64,000 nt of DNA. It comes from Minisyncoccota bacterium (GTDB lineage Bacteria > Patescibacteriota > Minisyncoccia > UBA6257 > GWB1-50-10). The stretch is taken from assembly GCA_020059915.1 (NCBI GenBank), contig JAGVBB010000003.1, positions 160,610-224,609 on the forward strand, in the 5' to 3' direction. The number at the start of each line of letters is the position of its first letter. Within the stretch, counting starts at the first letter, position 1. Positions 59,346 through 64,000 of this stretch are shown piece by piece. Under the pieces are notes generated by a model. That model ran no database searches, was not told the DNA's origin, and was given only the letters and a program-made list of their open reading frames with translations. A program made the translations under genes and the position numbers.

Positions 59346-59897
59346 CTATTCGTGAATTTCAGTAATTTTCTTATCAAGAATTTCTTCTATTAATGTATTT
59401 GTGTCCTCAGTATGCTTTTGAACCTCCTCTTTTAATTTGAATTTTAAATCTTCTCCAATCTCCTTGTCGTCAAATGCTGATTGTATCGTTTTATTCGCTT
59501 CATCTCGCACATGACGAAGTTTAATGCGATATTCTTCCGATATTTTTTTTGCATATTTCGCAAGTTCATCGCGTCGCTCAGATGAGAGTTCTGGAAGGAA
59601 TATGCGGATAGTATTTCCCTCGACATTTGGATTGAGGCCCAACGCAGAGCCCTCTATCGCCTTTGCAGATGGTTGTACTGCCTCTTTGTCCCAAAACTGC
59701 ACCTGAAGTTCACGTGGTGGTAATACTGATATGGTTCCAACATGTTTTAGTGGTGTTGGGTTTCCATAATACATAACCCTTATTTCTTCAATAAGAGCTG
59801 CCGAAGGACGATTTGCGCGTACCCCAGAAATTTCTTTTTTAAAATCTTCAATAATTTTTTTTGCTGCCTCCTTAAATGTATTTATACTTTCGTGCAT
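59346..59897 (-). CDS. frr: Ribosome recycling factor
   Basis: VRANRPS, YYGNPTPL, PELSSERR. Confidence 0.96.
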   Translation of the reverse strand: MHESINTFKEAAKKIIEDFKKEISGVRANRPSAALIEEIRVMYYGNPTPLKHVGTISVLPPRELQVQFWDKEAVQPSAKAIEGSALGLNPNVEGNTIRIFLPELSSERRDELAKYAKKISEEYRIKLRHVRDEANKTIQSAFDDKEIGEDLKFKLKEEVQKHTEDTNTLIEEILDKKITEIHE

Positions 59898-59904
59898 AGA
59901 TATA

Positions 59905-60663
59905 TTATACCTCACTTTCGAAATATTGGATTGAGCGCTTTTGTAGCGGACCATTTAATACAAATTCATGTAACTCAGACTCTTTTTTTAATAATTTCTT
60001 AAGTAATCCACTATATTGAATAAGTCCTTTCGTATAAAAATATTCTATCCTCTGCTCAAGATATTCAAGGGTATTTTCTTTTGCTATCTCTTCATCTTTC
60101 TTCTCAAGATGTTCAATCGCCCTCCCCAAACTTCCTAATGAGCGTAACGCTATCTGCTCAGCAATATTTCCATTTACTTTTTTTATTTCTACAAGAAAAT
60201 CAACAATCTGTTTACGAGAATATCTTGGAAAATATAGTGTATGCAACCGTGACAGTAGTGGAGGAAATAATATATCTTTGTTCTTTACAATGATAATAAT
60301 CAATGAATGCTCCGGTGGCTCTTCTACCAACTTTAAAAGCGCCGATTGTGCATGATTAGTTATAGCATCCCCCGATTGAATAATTGCTATCTTTCTCTTT
60401 GCTCTTAGTGGCGCACTAGAACAAAATTCTTTTATATTCCGAACCTCCTCAATTCCTAGAGATCCTTTCTCATTAGGTGTGAATATATAAGTATCAACCA
60501 TAGTGGTTGGTTCAAATGTTCCTGTTTCTATATATGATGCAATTTCTCGTGCAGTGGTAGTCTTCCCAACTCCCCCATCACCAAAAAAACAGTACGATGT
60601 ATGAAGCGTATCGTGTTTGAACGCATTAATAAAAGTGTCTCGATGATAGGTATTCCCCCACAT
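59905..60663 (-). CDS. holB: DNA polymerase III delta' subunit
   Basis: GDGGVGKT, AQSALLKLVEEPP, LLSR. Confidence 0.85.
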   Translation of the reverse strand: MWGNTYHRDTFINAFKHDTLHTSYCFFGDGGVGKTTTAREIASYIETGTFEPTTMVDTYIFTPNEKGSLGIEEVRNIKEFCSSAPLRAKRKIAIIQSGDAITNHAQSALLKLVEEPPEHSLIIIIVKNKDILFPPLLSRLHTLYFPRYSRKQIVDFLVEIKKVNGNIAEQIALRSLGSLGRAIEHLEKKDEEIAKENTLEYLEQRIEYFYTKGLIQYSGLLKKLLKKESELHEFVLNGPLQKRSIQYFESEV

Positions 60664-60666
60664 ATA

Positions 60667-61671
60667 TTATTTGCGAAGCAGGGTTCGCTTGTAGATATCA
60701 AGGTGGTTCAATATAGTTGCGGTTCCCTTTGCAACACAAAGTATTGATTCCTCAGCAAGATAGGCAGAAACACCAAGAGACCGCTTAAAAAATTCTTCAA
60801 AATCCCGAAGATTCGAGCTTCCTCCAGAAAGAATAATACCCTTTTCCATAATATCTGCAGCAAGTTCTGGTGGTGTTACATTAAATACACCTTGTACCGC
60901 ATTCATAATTTCAACAAGATGTGGATTTATTGCTTCTGCAATTTCATTTGAATTTATCGTCATATCTTTTGGTAATCCAGAATGCAAATCTCTTCCCCTA
61001 ATTTTCATTTCCATTTTGTTCCGATTTTGCATTGCGGTTCCAATAGTAATTTTTATATTTTCTGCAGTATTTTCTCCAATAGCAAGAGCATATTTCTTTT
61101 TTATATATTCGGAAATTGCATGATCAAGTTTATTTCCTGCAACACGCAAGCTGTTCCACGTCACGATACCTCCCAAAGATATAACAGCAACCTCAGTGGT
61201 TCCCCCTCCAATATTAACAATCATATTGCCCTCTGCTGAATGAATTGGTATTCCAGCCCCCAATGAGGCAAGAAGTGGCTCTTTGACCAAATAAACCTCC
61301 CGAGCACCAGCCTCTTTTGCGGCATTCATGACCGCACGATATTCTGTCGATGTTATTCCAGCTGGAACAGAGATGACCACTTCTGGTTTAATGATGTTAA
61401 ATTTTCCAATACTCTTTGAAATAAAATATTTAAGCATTGCCTGAGTAATAAAATATTCGGCAATAACTCCATCCTTAAGCGGACGATACGTTACAATATC
61501 ATCTGGCGTCCTCCCTACCATTTCCTTTGCTTCTGCCCCTACCGCCAATACAGTATTATCTGGCCTACGTAGAGCAACCACCGTAGGTTCGTTAATAACA
61601 ATTCCACGCTCGGGCAAAAAAACGAGTGTATTTGTAGTTCCAAGGTCAATTCCAATTTTTCTTGTAAACAT
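60667..61671 (-). CDS. mreB: Second MreB/Mbl paralog
   Basis: [34 protein letters not shown]. Confidence 0.93.
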   Translation of the reverse strand: MFTRKIGIDLGTTNTLVFLPERGIVINEPTVVALRRPDNTVLAVGAEAKEMVGRTPDDIVTYRPLKDGVIAEYFITQAMLKYFISKSIGKFNIIKPEVVISVPAGITSTEYRAVMNAAKEAGAREVYLVKEPLLASLGAGIPIHSAEGNMIVNIGGGTTEVAVISLGGIVTWNSLRVAGNKLDHAISEYIKKKYALAIGENTAENIKITIGTAMQNRNKMEMKIRGRDLHSGLPKDMTINSNEIAEAINPHLVEIMNAVQGVFNVTPPELAADIMEKGIILSGGSSNLRDFEEFFKRSLGVSAYLAEESILCVAKGTATILNHLDIYKRTLLRK

Positions 61672-61827
61672 AAAATGAAATCACTTTCACTCTACTATCC
61701 TTTATTTAAAAATGCAAAATATCGGCCATTTCTCTATATACTGGCTAGAAATTTATAAAAAATGGAATAGTAAATAAATCCTACAAAAGATTCACAATAT
61801 TAAAAAAACGTGGTATAGTGCGACTCA

Positions 61828-63180
61828 ATGGTTGTTAGAAAAAACGTGCGAAATGCCCTTCTCGTACTCTGTACGGTCATTTTTGTTATCGGTGGCACCT
61901 ATGCAATATTCACTATGCAGGGCCTCGTATTTGATCCTAGTAGTTTTGAAATTACAAAATCAGGATCAATATATATTCATTTCACCCCGACTAATGCTGT
62001 ACTCTCTGTAAATGGAAAACCTTATTTAAAAAAACAAAGTATTTTTGGTGGAGGGATACTTATTTCAAACCTTATTCCAAAAACATATACCATCTCCATA
62101 GCAAAAGATGAATATACCCCATGGACAAAAGAGCTTGAGGTTGTCCCCGGAAAAGTTTCAGTTGCAGCACGTATCACGTTATGGAAAAACATTGATTTCC
62201 AAAAAGAAGGTTCTAGCACAATCAAAAGTTTTTATCACACAGGAGAAGGGTTTATATTTGAAACGCCTACTAGTTCGCTTATATTTAACGATAAAATTAT
62301 CAACGGAAATTCAGTTGAAGCACATAATGACAACACCCAATATGTCATCACAAAAACAAAACAGGGTAATTTATTTCTTATAGATCTCACAAAACCAGAC
62401 ATTGTGAGAGATTTTCGAATACTTTTTTCAACTGTCATGCAAACACAAGAAACAATTGATTCTACAAAAATCGAGAAAACAGCTTTTCATCCATTTAGTA
62501 AAAATAAGTTAATTGTTGAAACACAACAGGATATGTATATATACGACTTAAAAAAGAACACTATTGATCCGGTTAATACGGAAGGTATTCCAAAAAACTG
62601 GAATATGGGTTCAAGTGAGTTATTTATAATTAACGACAAAGGAGATTTGGTGATAAAAAATCTTATTGTTGGATCAAAATATGTATACCCCATTGAAGCA
62701 TCAAGTACCCAAGACATAGTACCAAGTAATGATGGGAATTACATTTTTATAACAACAAAGAAAAAATCGCTATTTTTATTTGATAGAGAAGAACAAGCAT
62801 CAAAAAAAATAGGAGAAAATATTCTTTTTACTTCCATCTCTCCAGATAACACACGAGCGCTATATATTGATAATAAAAATAATGTCTATATCTTATATCT
62901 TGATGACTACGAGGGCGACTCAATAAAGACAAAAGGAACCATTGAAAAGCTTTCTGTGCCCAAAGGAACAGATCTTAAATCATTTACATGGATCCCTGCT
63001 GAGGAAAATTATGCAATGGTGCGTGTTGGAAAAACAATAAGAATCATGGAACTCGATATGCGAGAGCCACACAATGCAGCAACTATAGCAAAGGACATAA
63101 CATATGCACAACTTATCGGAAAAAATCTCTTTGCAATAAACAGCGATGGAGAATTCCTCATGGGGTCAATTGAGGAGTAA
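61828..63180 (+). CDS. Membrane-anchored PEGA-domain protein with beta-propeller-like C-terminus
   Basis: TM helix; GSIYI..TP.NA.LSVNG..NLIPKTYTISIAKDEYTPW; SPDN repeats. Confidence 0.8.
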   Translation: MVVRKNVRNALLVLCTVIFVIGGTYAIFTMQGLVFDPSSFEITKSGSIYIHFTPTNAVLSVNGKPYLKKQSIFGGGILISNLIPKTYTISIAKDEYTPWTKELEVVPGKVSVAARITLWKNIDFQKEGSSTIKSFYHTGEGFIFETPTSSLIFNDKIINGNSVEAHNDNTQYVITKTKQGNLFLIDLTKPDIVRDFRILFSTVMQTQETIDSTKIEKTAFHPFSKNKLIVETQQDMYIYDLKKNTIDPVNTEGIPKNWNMGSSELFIINDKGDLVIKNLIVGSKYVYPIEASSTQDIVPSNDGNYIFITTKKKSLFLFDREEQASKKIGENILFTSISPDNTRALYIDNKNNVYILYLDDYEGDSIKTKGTIEKLSVPKGTDLKSFTWIPAEENYAMVRVGKTIRIMELDMREPHNAATIAKDITYAQLIGKNLFAINSDGEFLMGSIEE

Positions 63181-63187
63181 AGAAAAA

Positions 63188-63406
63188 CACAACAGTGGAG
63201 AAAGCAAAAATCCCGCCTTTGGCGGGATTTACTTTAACGCTTTCTCCGAATGCTGCATCGCTTCGCTCTTTAGAAACCCACGGTTTCTAACGCTCGTTTT
63301 ACTCGCTGTTTTCCTCCACGGGGAGAGACTCATTTCCTGTCTCTCCCCGAACCCCTCTCTCACAACAGTGGAGAAAGCAAAAATCCCGCCAAAGGCGGGA
63401 TTTACT
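63188..63406 (-). mobile_element. Gene-3'-end cassette D, downstream of rpsI
   Basis: 60-bp direct repeat 63188-63247 vs 63361-63420, differing only in the hairpin loop (TTT/AAA); 18-bp inverted copy of the rpsI end. Confidence 0.75.
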
Positions 63407-63844
63407 TTAACGCTTTCTCCACTGTTGTGGTCTGCGGGCTTTACGAAGTCCAGGATGTTTTCGTTCCACCATTCGTGGATCACGCTTTAAGAAACCAAGT
63501 ACTTTCAAATTTGCTCTCCAAATTGGATTGAGCATAATGAGCGTTCGGGAAATTCCCAAACGAATTGCTTCTGCTTGTGCGGTTGTTCCCCCACCAACAA
63601 CATTCACTGAAACCTTATAGGAATCAAGGGATAATGTAGTAAATGGATCAATTACTATTTTTCTCAATCTTTCCGTACCAAAATATTTAGCAAAACTTTT
63701 TTCGTTAACAAGCACCTCTGATTTATCAAATTTCCCAGTAAATAATCGAACTCGAGCAACTGCAGTTTTTCTTCGTCCAACAGCCTCAAAATATTTAGTT
63801 CCTTTTATTGACTTTGTAGTCTCTTTTACTTTTGTAGTTGTCAT
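63407..63844 (-). CDS. rpsI: 30S ribosomal protein S9
   Basis: GRRKTAVARV, GGGTTAQAEAIR, RDPRMVERK..KARR..Q..KR. Confidence 0.98.
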   Translation of the reverse strand: MTTTKVKETTKSIKGTKYFEAVGRRKTAVARVRLFTGKFDKSEVLVNEKSFAKYFGTERLRKIVIDPFTTLSLDSYKVSVNVVGGGTTAQAEAIRLGISRTLIMLNPIWRANLKVLGFLKRDPRMVERKHPGLRKARRPQQWRKR

Positions 63845-63849
63845 AATAA

Positions 63850-64000
63850 TTAGTCAATAATTTTAAGTCGCTTTAATCGAACTGCCTGGAGTTTGTTTTT
63901 GGGAAGCATAAGACGAACTGCATGACGCAATACCCATGCTGGATTACGCTCAAAAACATCAGTAAATTTCCTTTCCTTCAAATGTCCCAATGGTCCTGTG
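63850..64000 (-). CDS. rplM: 50S ribosomal protein L13, C-terminal part
   Basis: Hand-translated TGPLGHLKE...AVRLMLPKNKL...RLKII; upstream of rpsI. Confidence 0.93.
   Translation of the reverse strand, partial: TGPLGHLKERKFTDVFERNPAWVLRHAVRLMLPKNKLQAVRLKRLKIID

Noticed and set aside
63188-63420. CRISPR array
   Set aside because: Only two units, the repeat derives from the rpsI end and terminator, and there are no cas genes in the window
63146-63490. ORFs 63146..63490 and 63229..63483
   Set aside because: Products of the repeat cassette and rpsI overlap, with repeated peptide text (NPAFGGI)
1-64000. UGA recoding (genetic code 25)
   Set aside because: Conserved genes are full length in code 11, and genes such as nusB-adjacent rnc, the MFS, ftsQ-like and mazG-like ORFs end normally, the latter three at TGA

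Overview
AT-rich bacterial chromosome segment, most likely Patescibacteria/CPR (Parcubacteria-like; inferred from gene content, short EF-Ts, hinge-less SMC and near absence of Shine-Dalgarno motifs on core genes). It uses genetic code 11 and is mostly minus-strand housekeeping genes: translation, tRNA synthetases, the dnaK operon with CIRCE, dcw and mre clusters, dnaE, gyrB and smc, plus six tRNA genes. The notable content is non-coding. (1) Four essential genes (tRNA-Trp, tRNA-Tyr, rplK, rpsI) each carry a 160-250 bp downstream cassette with the same layout: hairpin, antisense copy of that gene's own 3' end, shared structured core, then a direct copy of the gene 3' end. I propose this as a candidate undescribed, possibly guide-directed integrative element. 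(2) A 185-nt group I intron sits at position 36/37 of tRNA-Thr(GGU), next to a LAGLIDADG-like gene bracketed by 40- and 42-bp perfect palindromes. (3) A tiny GIY-YIG gene in 13-bp inverted repeats lies between the L10 leader and rplJ, and a related non-coding element duplicates the mreC start codon. (4) An ECF-sigma island has five aligned promoters and includes an ice-binding-like protein. All calls are from reading the sequence; no searches were run.
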